From positions 186,001-250,000 of the forward strand of contig JAPMXV010000036.1 of NCBI GenBank assembly GCA_026936335.1: a DNA stretch of 64,000 nt. Reading direction: 5' to 3'. Origin of the DNA: Mantamonas sphyraenae STR306 (lineage: Eukaryota > Protista > CRuMs). Position 1 is the first letter of the stretch. Every line of letters starts with the position of its first letter. This document shows, piece after piece, positions 1 to 12,900 of this stretch. Under the pieces are notes generated by a model. It saw only the letters and a list, made by a program, of their open reading frames with translations, did no database searches and was not told the origin of the DNA. The translations under genes and the position numbers were made by a program.

Positions 1-17
1 CTCTCCCCTCACATCCC

Positions 18-3000
18 ATGCAAGCCCAGCCTCGTCGTGCATCACGTCGAAGGACGTCTGGCATCGTGGACGCGCAGCTGAACACGGCGTCGTCCACCTC
101 TAGCAACAGCAGCAGCAGCAGTAGCAGCAGTAGCAGCAGTGACAGTGGACATCGTAGTGTGCTCAACACAGGATCCACTGTGGCATCGTACAACGAACAA
201 TTGGCACTCAAGTCGTGGACACCGCCTCCTCCGTTGTCTGTGGACACCAAGAACAACAACCCGGGCTCCCCCAGCATGCTGCCCAGCATCCAAGGCACCG
301 GTCGAAGCAGCCACGTGTCATCACCCCGAAGCAACAACAACAACAGCAACAACAGCAGTGGTGGTGGTGGGTGGTGGGGGTGGGGGCACACCCTCCTCTG
401 CTTCTGCTTCGAAACCACCGGTTTACAAACAAACGACGCCCAAGAGGAAGCAGGAGCAGGAGCAGGAGCAACAGGCACAACCACAGCAGCAAACAAAGAG
501 AGACAAGACACAGCATGATGGAGGCACGTCACCTCGACGAACACGCAACAAAAAAGCGGCGACGAGCGAAGTGGGAGCGATGCGACTGCTGGGAGGCAAG
601 ACGACGCAGCAGCAGCAGCAACGGCTGGGAGTGTCGGACGTGGATGCACTCCCGTCTGCACTGGACACAGTCAACGCAGGCAGCAACACACATCAGATGA
701 TCCGCAAGCATCTCAGGGCACAGTTGGACAGCCAGGAGGAGGCAGACGTGGGCAACGATGCAAGCCTGATCCAGGCGCAGGTGGAACGGCAGGTGGCCAG
801 CTCGAAAGAGGTGGAAACACTGGCACAGGGGCCTCGCTTCGACGCCAAAGACGCAGCGGCCCTCAAGTTTGTGGAGTTTATGGATAGCAAACTGTTCAAG
901 ATTGACCGAAGCCTGATGAAGCGCATTGTCAACGAGTGGGTGGCTTCGTTTGAGGACGAAGAGCACCGCTTTTCCTCGGTCGCCCTCTACGCCGAGTTTG
1001 TCATCAAGGAGACAAGACGCAAGACTGCCTCCTTCCCCAAACCCAACCATCTCATGACTGCCGTCTGCTGCCATCTGCTCGCAAAGGTAAGGACGCTGTG
1101 CGTGGGTTTCTTGGGCTTGATCTGAACGTTACCTCTCGCGAGGTGTGTTTTCCACCCACTCACACCCACACTCACACCCACACTCACTCACACAGGTTGC
1201 CACCGTGTTTGGTCGCTATGCTCCTCTGATGGAGGCATTGACCGAAGACATCCTGACGTCGGTGTACATCGATTACCCCGACGAAACGTTGCAGGAGAAC
1301 GAAGAGGACGAGGCACCCCTGTCGCTTACAGCCACCATCCAAAAGACACCCTACTTTGTCGAACACGAAATGATGATGCGTGAGCGCAAGTTGATTGAGT
1401 ATCAGACACGCAAGCTCAATGCCAGCTGGGAACGACGCAACCGCGTCCTTGCCGTCGCCATCAACAAGTGGCAGCTCAGTGCGTTTGTCCCACCTCCCAC
1501 CCCCCCACACACGCACCTTTTCTTTGCCACATCACCTGCTCACATAGCATTCACACACTCCCTTCCCCCACAGCGTTTGTGCGTACGGTGATGATCGCGT
1601 GGTACGGTTGGACCGTCAAGTCGCGCGTGCGTCGCCGCAACCTGAACCGGGTGATGAAAAAGTGGGTGTATTCATCGATGAAGGCACGTGCATTCCGAGA
1701 GTGGAAGGTGTATGTGCAATCGCATCGACGTCTGACGGTGGAAACCGAGGCTGGCGAGATGGCCACCGATTTCGAAGGCAAGATGGTCACCTTGCACGAC
1801 CGCCTGGCTCGTGCAGAGGCCAAGGCGGAACGAGTGGCGGCGCAGAACGAAGAATATCGACGTCGCATGGAGACGCAAGATCAGGAGATCGAACTATTGC
1901 AGGACAAGGTGCATCGTCTGGAGGAGAAATTGTTTGAAGCCAGTAGGTTTGGATGTCGATGGGCCAAACCCATCCCCCCCCCTCCCCACCCCCGTCTTCC
2001 CCTTCTCCGTTTCCCTGTCCTCTAAACAACACGACGCATCCATCTCACACCCCAACACCAACACCACCGCACAGCGACGAGGAACAACGAAGTGGTGGAG
2101 ATTTGCAACGGATGGCGAGATACATGCAACCAACTCCTGGAACGGATGCCAGGAGTGCATGCCAATGCCACTGTGGAAGACTTTGACTCGGCCCACACAC
2201 AGCTGGACGACTTTTTCCACTCGTTCATGAACGAACACATCCCAGAGTCGCCGCAGATGGTCAACACCAGGAACCAGCTGTCAGTGGTGCTGCTTGCATG
2301 GATCAACCTCATGGTCAAACGATGCAAGGACAGATGGGCGCTGGAGATTGGCACCCACGATGCACACGGCGAAGAGGTGTCCGGGGAACTGGAAGTGTAC
2401 CGCGACCGCATCCAAGCGCACCACCAAGTGCTCAACTTTGCCAACGACCTGCAGAACGGCGAGGTGTTGCTGTTTCTCATGAACGAAATGGCACCCAAGG
2501 TGTGTTCGTTGCATCCGCTCACCGACATGGACTACGCGCACCGCGCCGAGATGATTTGCAAACAAGCTGTGGAACTGGATTGCGGACGCACAGTGTCCCC
2601 CAAGGACATCATGGAGGGCACAGCAGACATCCTGTTGTACTTTGTGGCCAATCTGTACACTCGCTTCTACAACCTGACCAACCAGGAGCGGCGTGAATGG
2701 GGACTGGAACCCGTCAGCGTCGTCGGCGCCGAGGATCTGCAAGACTTTCTGCGATCGGTGGAGTTGGGCAAGGAGAAGGACGTGGGCCAGGTCATTGGCT
2801 ACCTGCACACGGAACAGCAGCAGTACAGCGGTGCGTTGCAGTCTGTCATCAAGGCACACGACTTGAGCGGCGATACGGTGGCTGTGCTCACACACCTGGC
2901 GGAGGACATGATTGACGATCGCCTGCGTGGCAAGGTGCAGGACGTCATGGATCCGAAGCAGCAGAAGGAATTCTTGCGCTTCACTCGCTTGAACCAGACG

Positions 3001-4032
3001 CGTCTGGGCGACATTCTGGAGGAGCAGGAACAACCCGAGGTGGAGGTGCAGGAGATGGAACGCATCCTACGCACCCACTTTCGTGATCTGCGCCGAATCT
3101 ATCGTTATTACGCCACCGTCGGGTCGGGCGTCACCATGAACTTGAGCGAGTTTTGGCGCTTTGTGCAAGACTGTGGCATCCCCAACAAGAAGTATCTGCC
3201 CACGGCCACCATCGATCTGATCTTTGTGCGTGCCAACTGGGTCTCTGAATTCGACGACTACGACCTGTACAACCCGGACCGGGAGCTGATCCCCAACGAA
3301 TTCGTGGAGTGTCTGATCCGCATGGCCAACGAACGCTTTGCCTCGATGAACAAGAGTGTGAGTGCACGCTTCCAATACTTTCTGGAGAACACGGTGCTGC
3401 CCAACGCCACCAAGTCGGACGTGGACGACTTTCGGCGAGCGGTGTACGAGCCGGAAGTGCAGGCGGTGTTCCGCAAGTACAAGGCGCAACTGCAGTACGT
3501 GTTCACCCACTACGCCGGCCTGGACTACAAGAGCACACACAAGAGCACCATCAACGCCAAGGAGTTCCTGGCCATGCTCAAGGAGTGCAAGTTCATCACC
3601 AGCGTCTTCACCTACAACGACATCGTGTCCATCTTTTCCCACATCCAACGCGACGACGACCCCATGGAGACCGAAATGATCTACCACGAATTCCTTGAAG
3701 CCATTGCCTGTGTGGCCATCTTCAAGGATCCTGCCCCGTTTGTCTCCTTGTCCAAGCGCATGGAGAACTTCATTGCAAACACCTTTCTCACCGCCCTTCC
3801 TCCCCGTCTCAAGGTGCCCAAACAGCTCGCAAAGGCAACCACCTCCTCCAAGGTCAAGCAGAAGACCTGGCGCGAACGGGAGAAGGACAGCGACGACGCC
3901 ATCGCCGCATCGTCTTCTTCCTCGCGTGGCGGCAACAATCGTGAGCAGAACGACGACGACAACGATGACAACGACAACGAGAAGGCAGAGGTTGCATCTT
4001 CGTCGGGCAGCGCCCAGGCTGCAGAGAATTGA
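18..4032 (+). CDS. Calponin-homology (CH) + EF-hand-like/p25-like domain protein, probably cytoskeletal or flagellar (multi-exon, one frame break)
   Basis: Joined from ORFs 18-518, 139-1125, 1145-1591, 1468-2025 and 2092-4032. Inferred introns: ~1087-1195 (GTAAG..CAG), ~1479-1573 and ~1943-2074, plus a +1 break in the GGT repeat near 370. CH-like segment: VLLAWINLMV..VLNFANDLQNGEVLLFLMNE..SPKDIMEG..LLYFVANLY. The C-terminal MNLSEFWRFVQDCGI..IDLIF..EFVECLIRMA unit occurs twice. The 5' end may be incomplete. Confidence 0.6.
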
Positions 4033-4070
4033 CGACGACGACGTGGGTGGAATGCATTGTGTTTCATGTT

Positions 4071-7000
4071 TCATGCTCTCTCCAATCGACGGGTCCTGCG
4101 CAGTCGAGGAGGTGATTCCTTGTCGTCTTCGTCCTGCTGCTCCTCGTCATCACCTTCCACATCCATGCGCAGTCGCTTGACAGGAGGGGGCGAGGCAAAA
4201 CTCATGGAGTCGGCAGCAGCCATGGCCTGGTCGATGATCTCCTCGCGGGTGTAGAACAGCAGGTAGGCTTGGTTGTCCTCCACCTCCTCCACCTCCTCCA
4301 GAGTGACGGTTTTGTCGTTGAAATGGTACCAACAGTCGCCCAGATTGTTGTAGCACACCGACGTGTAGTGTCCAGACTCCAGACCGCTGCCGTGGTGGAT
4401 TACCACGCCGTTGAGACGATACCGGGTCATGGCCGACGACTTGCCACCGGACGTGTATGGCCCAATGTCCAGCGGCTCGTCCACAGGGTAGCGCACGTCC
4501 ACAAACAGCTTGTTGCGTCGCTCGCCGTCGAAGCGGAAGCGTTTGATTTGCAAACACAGCGTGTTGGGAGGCATGGAAATGGACAGGCGTTTGTGTGCGT
4601 CATGATGACCCTTGCACCCGTCGCACGCATACCCCTCCACTGTTTCCGCCTTGACAAACGACGCAAAGCACTGTTCCAATGTACAACGTTGGCCCCTTCC
4701 CAACTGGTAGCCTCGTCCGCCACCCCTGCGACGGCTGGCTCGCCTGCTGGGCCGTCGCCTGCTCGATCCGTTCGCATCGTCGTCGTTGCTCTCGGTGGTG
4801 TGAGAAGCGTGGAGGTCGTCGTCGTCGGATCCCATGGAGGACAAAGGGGTTGTCCTGCTCGCATCGACTCCGTCTTCGTCCAGAGGAACATCCAGTGACA
4901 AATCCAGAAACGGTTCGTAACGCTGCGAAACGTGGCCGCAGTGGGTGCACTCCACCTCACTCAGCAACTCGCCCTGAAACGTCTGTGCCACCACATCCAT
5001 CACACCCACGTTGTGATGCCTCTTGCGCTTGTTGGCTGTTTCCTGACCCGCTCCTCCTTCCGATTCCATCGATTCACTTCGGGCCAGTGTACGCTGTCTT
5101 CCGCGTCGCTTACGCAGTGGCGAAGGCTGAGCAGGTTTGCTGTGATTGGCTTGCTCTGGCTTTTTGCCCTTGCCCTTCTTGCTGCTGTCCTTGCTGGGGC
5201 TGGGATCGGCGTCGTGGCCTTGGGTCAACTCGTTGCCGATGCGATCCATGAGATGACGCAGAAATTCGTGGGCGTCGTGTTGGTGGTAGCCACGAAAGGC
5301 CGGAACAAACTGCCACACGGCGTGGAGAAAGGCGTGGGGTGTGAGGACGGCCCATTTGCGGGAGAAGAGCACACGGAAGAGTTTGTGGAGTTCATAGCAC
5401 ACCGACACCTGGCTGGCATCCACATTGGCTGCACGCAGGGTTTGTGAGTCGGTGACTTCGGCAAAGCACATCTCTGTGGTTGTGCGTGCCATGCCTTCGA
5501 ACTTGCTGGCGACAGGCGATGTCATGGCACCCGGTTGGATCACAATGCTCCCCGTGCGTGCGAGGTCACCCATATCCTTCCGTGGCACCAGGTTGACAAA
5601 GAACTGGCGGAATTGGGGCAGATTGGCAAGACATTGCACCGTGGAGTTCAGGTAGCACGTGTTGCCCAGGTTGCGCAGGCCTGTTTGTCCTTGTTGCAAC
5701 CCACGAATTGGTTGGCGTGGTGTGGGCACCCCTTCCATGTCTCGCAGACTGCTACTGCTACTGCTGCTGCTACTGCTGCTACTGCTGCTGCTGTGTGCAT
5801 GACCCATGCTTTTACGACTGCGCGTCGAACGCAATCGAGCACTGCCTCGCCTTGTGCCGCTGCCGACGCCGCCGCTGCTGCTGCTGTCGGGTGACTCTCC
5901 AGGCGATGTGACACTCGTTTCTCCGGGGGTCATGAAGCTGACACTCTTGGACAGAGACTTGTTGAGAGTGCGTGTGCGTGTCATCCGTGATGATCGTGGG
6001 GTCGGTGTGCCCACCTTGGCTGGTGCTGCTGCTGCTGTGTCCCTCACCAACTCCTCCTCCGCATTGGTCATTCCCCTGTCATCCTCCACCATCATTCCAT
6101 CCTCCTCTTCATCATCATCCTCTGCTGCTTCTTCTGCTGCTTCGTCCTGTTCCTCCTCCTCATCCACTTCCACCACGTCTGCATCGCCCTCCTCCCTTGC
6201 CTCTCCATCATCCATGTGCTCCTCTTTCACAACCACCTCTTCCTCCTTCTGATGCCCACGTGTGCGTGCACTTCGTCGTCGCGCAGAACCCTCCATCTCG
6301 TCTTCCTTGGCCCCCTCCTGTGCATCGTGCTTCTCGTGGATCAGCGCTCGCCATGTGTTGAATGCCTTGGACATGCTGTACATCTGCCAATGGCGCAGGC
6401 TGTGATGAGTCTATCTTCGTCCTCGTGTTGTCGAAACTTCATCGGCGTCATTTGCTCGTCGTCCTGTTCGGAATCCCCGCGGCCCCGATTCTGCAGGTCG
6501 TTCAGCACCTCGCTGATACGTTCGATGTCCCCCTGGTCGTTGTCGTCTTCAATGTCCATTTCACACCCGTAGCAGTGCACCCACTTTTCCTCCAGCTCCA
6601 GTGCCAGGCAGTGGGACTTGCGCATTCGTCGTGTCCGCACACGCTCCCCTTTGGCACCTGCCCCACGTCCCATGGTGCTCTGTGTGTCACCCCACACCGA
6701 ATCCATCCATGTATTGTCAGTGTTGTCAGTATTGTCAGTGTGTGTGTGTGTGTGTGTGATGCACCCGTGCCCATGACAACCCACCTCGTTGTGCAGCCGG
6801 TAGTGCTGTTCGGCATGGTGGGACGAACAGCCACGGTGGCCGCAGGACAAACACAGCAGCACGCTTTCTGTGGTGCCACACGCTGCACGTCACATGTTCG
6901 TCCATGACACGCGTGGGAGACCCCGCCATCGTGGCGTTGCAAAAAGGTGTCAGCGCTCTTTGATTTACGCGCCATTTTCGCGCGCTGGCAACCGCTTACA

Positions 7001-7096
7001 CTCGCAGGACCACAGACTGGGGTCGATTAGCACTGGCCGCAATTTCTCTGGACGCACGACATACTCCAGGTGCTCACACACGCGCGTGGAGGACAT
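4071..7096 (-). CDS. USP44/49: Ubiquitin-specific protease with N-terminal zf-UBP, USP44/USP49-like
   Basis: Cys box GLRNLGNTCYLNSTVQCL; QHDAHEFL; His box HHGSGLESGHY..WYHFND. SVCYELHKLFRVLFSRKWAVLTPHAFLHAVWQFVPAFRGY resembles USP44/49. zf-UBP is spread over the upstream exons (MSSTRVCEH..WSCE|SCGTTESVLLCLSCGHRGC..HAEQHY|SHCLALELEEKWVHCYGC). A one-base break at ~6399 restores DRLITALRHWQMYSMSKAFNTW. Confidence 0.88.
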
Positions 7097-7202
7097 GGTT
7101 GCAAGAGCGGCGACGTGTGCGAGTCCGGGGGTTAGGGTGGGTTTGGATGGCGCATATGTGTCAATGCATTCATTCCTGTGTTTGAGAGGGGGGAGGGTGG
7201 GT

Positions 7203-8958
7203 TCACCTGGCCATGAGCACAACGCCACTGCTCTTGTCCTGAGTGTCGATGACACCCTGTGAGATGGCATCGACGACCGCGTCGCAAAGTTGCTGAAAGG
7301 CGTCGTTGACGTTTGCACCTGTCTTGGCACTGGTCTCAAAAAAGAGATCGATGCCATTAAGTTGGGCAAACTCTGCACCCTGTTCAAAGGTGACCTGTCG
7401 CACGGGTTGGCTGGCAAAGGGCTGCGAGGCCTTCTCCGAGCTGTTCATGCTGTCTGCCTTGTTGCCCAGCAACATCAACACAATGTTTTCGTTCTGTGCA
7501 TGCGTGCGGATCTCCTTCAGCCACGTGCGCACGTGACTCAACGTCTCCTCACGAGACACGTCGTACATCAACACCGCCGCCGTCGAGTACCGAAAGTAGT
7601 TGCGCAAGATCTGCTTGAACCCACTCTGCCCGCCCGTGTCCCACAGCTGCAGTTGGATTTCCGTGTTGTCCGAATACATAAACGCAGACTTGAACTCCAC
7701 CCCAATGGTGGGTTTTGCTGCGTCGTCGATGCAAGGTGTGTGGAGGTGGTGGTGGACGAATTTGGGTGGGAAGAGGTGAGTGTTCACGCCCCGGACACAG
7801 GGACACACACAGGCACACACACAGGCACACACTTACAATTCGCGGGTTGTTTACGCCCAATTAACCTGTTGAGGGTCGTGCTCTTGCCCACCATCATGTC
7901 GCCCACAAGCACGACCTTGAAAATGTAGGCGTACGATTTGAGTTTGCCCGAATTGATCCCCCCCGCACGCCGCGCGACGCGCGTTGTCGTTGGGAGCTCT
8001 GCGGCCTGTTGGACAGCAGATAGTCGCCCTCTCCGGCGGCGCCTGCGGAGGCCGATGAGTACATGGCACGGTCGCCCACAGCGGCAGTGGCGGAGTGGGA
8101 CGGGGCACAGATGTGGATGGCAAGCAGGTAGAGGGCGGCACTCCAGAACAGGGCCAACAGAGGGGCCAGAGACACAATGTAGGGCAAGCTGTGATGGTCT
8201 TGCATGTGCATACAAAGCATGATGGCGGAAACGAGGATGCAAAGCCAGCCAAAGGTGGAAAAGAAGACGTGGGCCGGGGTGGTGCGCAGGTGTTCGCTGC
8301 GACGCAGAATAACCGAGTAGGAGAGGGGCACCCAGAGGACAAAGCTGCCGAGGATGAAGATGGGCGCAAAGGTGACGTACCACAGATTGACCTGGGGCAG
8401 CAGTTCGCCCGCGTCGGTGCTGACGTTGAGGAGAAGCAGCAAGGAAAAGGCCAGCAGCAGGGGCTGGGCCACACTCCACTGGAACGACGCCGTGAGCACA
8501 GAGTGCACCACGTCCGCCGAATCAAACTGTTGGAACCACAGGCGCAGTGTGTGTCTGTGTATGTACAGCCAGTAGGCCAACAGGAGCAGTTGAAGGGAAA
8601 GCAGCGGAGCGAAAACGGCGGCCCAACTCTGCTGGCTGGCAATCATGGCCAGAGACACCGCACACAGTGCCACGCTGGCCGTATCAATGGCCAATTGGCC
8701 CAGCAGTGACGAGCGGGCTGTAGTGTATGTGAACTTGGCATCTGTGTACAGGCGGTTGAGGCTGACGGGCACGAGGATGCCCGCTGCCGTCAGTAGGGCC
8801 CAGCTGGGAGCCAGAGCCACATTGATGTCAATGTCTGCATACTGGTCCAAACGAAGACACAGTAGGATCAGTTGCAGGGCCACAGGAAGCAGAAACGCAA
8901 GCAGGAGAGTCGCTCGCTCACGCGGCTTTTCCAGCAAGTGTACGATGGTGCTGATCAT
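7203..8958 (-). CDS. TMEM185/TMEM203-like multi-pass membrane domain fused to a Rab2-like small GTPase (frame break in a G7 run at 7958-7964)
   Basis: Rab motifs: SYAYIFKVVLVGDMMVGKS, PTIGVEF, WDTGGQ, GNKAD, ETSAK; intron 7718-7836 (GTAAG..CAG). No nearby in-frame ATG precedes the Rab. The upstream ORF 7894-9141 (ATG 8958) encodes about 8-9 hydrophobic helices with LxxRLD and SWAAVFAPL / WYVTFAPIF motifs. Confidence 0.75.
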
Positions 8959-9132
8959 CCCTTGGCACGCACACAACGGGGACGGTGAGACGTTTCTTGA
9001 ATGACAATGGATGGAGTGGACACTAGGAGGGTGCTGACCACAACAGAGAGGGTGGTGTGGGTGTGTGTGGGTGTGCGTGGGTGGGTGTGGTGCTTGCTTC
9101 GTGCCTGCCCCACCCGGCGCAACATTGACAAC

Positions 9133-9957
9133 ATGGATCAAGACGGGTGGGATAGTCCATCGAGGTCGCCTGGAGGAGGTGCCACGTCGCCTGCGTCGAC
9201 AGTGTCGTCGGCTTCGTCGCGTTCAGAGGCGCTTGCAGCGCGAGCGAGCGCGTTGCGGAGCAGGCAGCGAGAGATGGAGAACCGATCGAGGAACAGCAAC
9301 GCAGGAGGAGGTGGTGGAGGAGGTGGTGGTGGTGGTGGAAGGTATGGAGGGGACAGTGCAGACGAGGAGGAGGACGATACATACACAGGGGCAAGCACAC
9401 CTCGGCAATGGAAGCGTGAGGAGAGCGGCGAGGCAGCGCGGGACAACGGACAGGAAGAAGAAGGTGGCGAAAGGCGCAGCAACACACGAGTGTCCCTGGG
9501 CCTGGATCTGAGCGACGTGACCAGCAGTGGCGAAGGCCACAGCATGTACTCACCCCAGGCGGTGGAGAGGCGGAGTCAACAACGGTCACACGGACGCTCT
9601 GGAAACACAGGTCGGGAGCAAGGGAATGGAGGCGGGACTCGGGGACGACGACGCCCAAACTCATCGTCATCATCCAGCAGCAACAGCAGCAACTCGTCCT
9701 CGCTGGTGGACAACCTGACCCAAATCGACATGGAACAGGCGCAACACCAGTTGCAACAGATGAAGAAGAAACAAGCGGAGTTGGCGTCGCAGGTGGAAAG
9801 CAGTCTGGGTTTGCTCACCACCGAGGTGGAGCAACAGAAACAAACCAACCTCAAAGTGGGCCAACAATTGGCAGCCATGGAACAGAACCTCGATCAGGCG
9901 AAACAGCGCATGCGACGACAAGACAACCAGTTGGCGCAACAAGCTGGAGCACGCTGA
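9133..9957 (+). CDS. Low-complexity protein with C-terminal coiled coil, function unknown
   Basis: ORF 9001-9957, likely start at ACAACATG 9133 (MDQDGW). Heptad-like Q/L-rich C-terminus; coding-like codon usage. Confidence 0.6.
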   Translation: MDQDGWDSPSRSPGGGATSPASTVSSASSRSEALAARASALRSRQREMENRSRNSNAGGGGGGGGGGGGRYGGDSADEEEDDTYTGASTPRQWKREESGEAARDNGQEEEGGERRSNTRVSLGLDLSDVTSSGEGHSMYSPQAVERRSQQRSHGRSGNTGREQGNGGGTRGRRRPNSSSSSSSNSSNSSSLVDNLTQIDMEQAQHQLQQMKKKQAELASQVESSLGLLTTEVEQQKQTNLKVGQQLAAMEQNLDQAKQRMRRQDNQLAQQAGAR

Positions 9958-9977
9958 TGAAATCCATACAGCACTTA

Positions 9978-12900
9978 TCATGTCCTCCACGTGCCCCCCT
10001 GACTCTCCACTGCCGCATTTGCATCGCTGAGCATCTCTGTCGCAAGGGCGGCGTCGTCGTCAGCCAGAATGGCTGCGTTGGAGGCCAACTCGTGATTCCA
10101 ACCCATGGCCACCAGTTGCGCCACCACGTCGTCGTGCGACCTCTCATGCACTGCTGCCCCATTGTTGGCCCTCGTTGTGGTCATTCCCTCCACCAAAGAG
10201 CTGCTGTCGTCTTCCTCCTCCTCATACTCCTCTTCCTCCTCGCGGCCACGGGATTCGCTCACCTGCACCGTGACCCCACTGGTGGATTGCACACTGACCA
10301 CCGAGTTGGGAGACAGGAGCGTGTTGCGTGTGTTGCCGCGCTGCTGCGGTGACCACACACGCGCTGGTGCATCGTCATTCTGGCGCCCTGATTTGCCCAC
10401 CAGGGTTCGCAAACGATTGCGCAGCTGCCACGCCCTCGTGTTTCCACCCGATGAGTCCCCTTCACCTCTTCCTCCCAGCAACGCACGCTCCTCGGCGGTG
10501 CCATCGTACGACGACGAAAGCGAACTCTCGATCTCCAGCACGCCTGGCTCCCCGGCGCTGTTTTGCACGGTCAGCAAACGTCGCCCATGCTTCCCCTCCT
10601 CCTCCTCCTCCCTCTCCTCCACATCATCATCGTTATCGTCATTATCCTTCTTTCCATCGGTTCCCTGCCTGGGAGGCGTATCGCTCGGCACAGGCACACT
10701 CGCGGCCTCGGAGGCTGGCTGGAAGTTGTAGCCCACCAGAGTTTTGGCCCGTGCGTGCCGCATCCAGAAGCTGACTGGCTCTCAGACGCAGGTGAACCAT
10801 GTCTCCCAGCCGATGGAAGCCCCCAAAGCGTTCCTGGCCAAACTCCACACGCAGACCCACGCAGGGGTCGCCTGCCTTGGCCAGGATCTTCAACACGCTG
10901 CGCACGGTGCCACCCAACACAGAGATGCGATGCAAGGGTCCCGAAAGTGTGACCAAACACACATCCAACGTCACTTCCTGCAACCCCTCGGCTGCACAGG
11001 CACGGTCGACGTGGTTGGGCATCAGCTTGAGGGGTAGAAGTGCGGAGCCTGCTGTGCTCACCAGGGTGCCATATTTGCGGCTTAGCGACTGCCACAGGTC
11101 GTCGTTGGGCGATTCAATGTGAAGGCGCATCTGTGTGATGGCCAACGACGTGGGTTTGAATCCCTGAATGCACAGGGAGATGCCGTTGGGCGCGTGTCTC
11201 GGGCTGGGCACACGCAAACGCACCGAGGTGCACACAAACTGCTCGTCACGCACCCACTCTGCACCCACACTCTCATCAAACGGATTGAAGATGGCCGGTG
11301 CGTCTGTCCAGCAGGCCTTGAGGATGCGATAGGCGTGAAAGAGAAAGAGAACCACGAGTGGGGCGATGCCAAACCAGGCCCAGTTGTCCTGGCCCACGGC
11401 AAAGTAGATGAGCACGGGCCAGGCAACCCAGGCAATGTACAGTGGATACAACAGCACCTCCCCCATGGCCCCTGCCGTGTGTCGATGTCGATAGCACCAG
11501 TGCGTGGCCAACTGAAGCACAAACTTGTAGCCACCCCACACACGTCCGGAAAACAGCTTCACCGACAGAAAGTACACGGCGTAGGCCGGGTTGTACATGC
11601 GCATGCTATGGAGCACCACACGCACGGTGATGTGCAAGGCAGCAGCGTAGCATAGGATCCACACCAGCAGGACCATCCACAGCCAAACGGGAGCCAACTC
11701 GAGCATCGCCCACGCTTGCACCGACACCCACCATTGCACAAACCCGGCGCCTGTGATTGGGTAGGACAGGCCCACGTAGTCACACAAGGGGGAGGCCGTC
11801 ACGGCGGCTGCCGCTACGTCGCATGGCAGATCAAAGAAGGCGTAGAGTTGAAAGAGGACGAGGGGCAGTAGGATGAGCAGACCCTGGAGCAGGAGGAGAG
11901 GCAGGACGGTGAGGACTTGGACCAGGGAGATGGACGAATCAGCCACAGTAAGGGTCCAGTGGGTGGGACCGGCACGGGTGCGCAGGCGTTCGTACCAGGC
12001 GGGGGCACCCAGGGTGCAGGCAAACACAAGGGCCACGTTGAGCATGCTGAGCAGGTAGCCGAGTTCGTTGGGCAGCAGCAACACAAGGGAACACAGGTTG
12101 ATGACGGCAAACTCGTGCATGCGCCACACCGTGAACCGTTCGTCGGCCAAGCAGTGACACCAGTGGATGGAGGACATCAGAAACGACGACATCACACTCT
12201 GCATACACACGGCACCTGTACGCATCAGCAGAAGCTTGTGGATGGGCCACAAGCACACCCCAAGCAGCTTCAGAGGCAGCAGGAGAATGTGCGGCAGGTG
12301 TCGCCACGTGTCAAACATGCTCTCTGCCACCACCGCCCTCCACATGGTCATTGAGGCCACTTGACCCCCCGTGCCATCCGTGCTCCCCAGCACCACCGCA
12401 CGTTCCACATCGCGTGCCCCTGCGGCTCCCATGGCTCCTTCCAGCGCATCGCGCTTGTCACGCACCACCACATCCACCACATCCATCATATCCACGGCCT
12501 CGAGATCATCGGCCGTCGCCGCAGCGGTGCCGTTTGCCGCCACCTCGTCGCGCCACTGTGCGGTTGCCTCTTGCAACGCGTGCGCCGTGCGGTCCACCTG
12601 AACCTGCAGGACGTTGAGACTCTGCACCAAACGCAGGCGTGTGGCCTCTTGCAACTCTCGCTCTGCATCCTGGACGGCAGGACCACCGGCGTCGTGTTGG
12701 TGTGTGGCTGCCCATCGCTGGAGGGCCTTTTGCACGTGGACCACGCCACTCTGCACATGATGGTGTGCCTTGAGGGCGTGGTTTCGACGTGCGAGCACTG
12801 TAGCGTGGCGTAGGTGAGGACGCAACGCGCGCAGACGACGCACCATGGAAGGCAAATGGACCATCCCGGCGGCCACCACGAGCATCTGAAACGACGTCAC

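Noticed and set aside
7958-7964. Programmed ribosomal frameshift at the G7 run and at the other breaks
   Set aside because: No X XXY YYZ slippery site, no common motif, mixed +1 and -1 signs; assembly indel is more parsimonious.
9955-9960. Tandem TGA TGA as a selenocysteine or readthrough signal
   Set aside because: No SECIS-like element or redox motif seen; the convergent gene ends 20 bp away.
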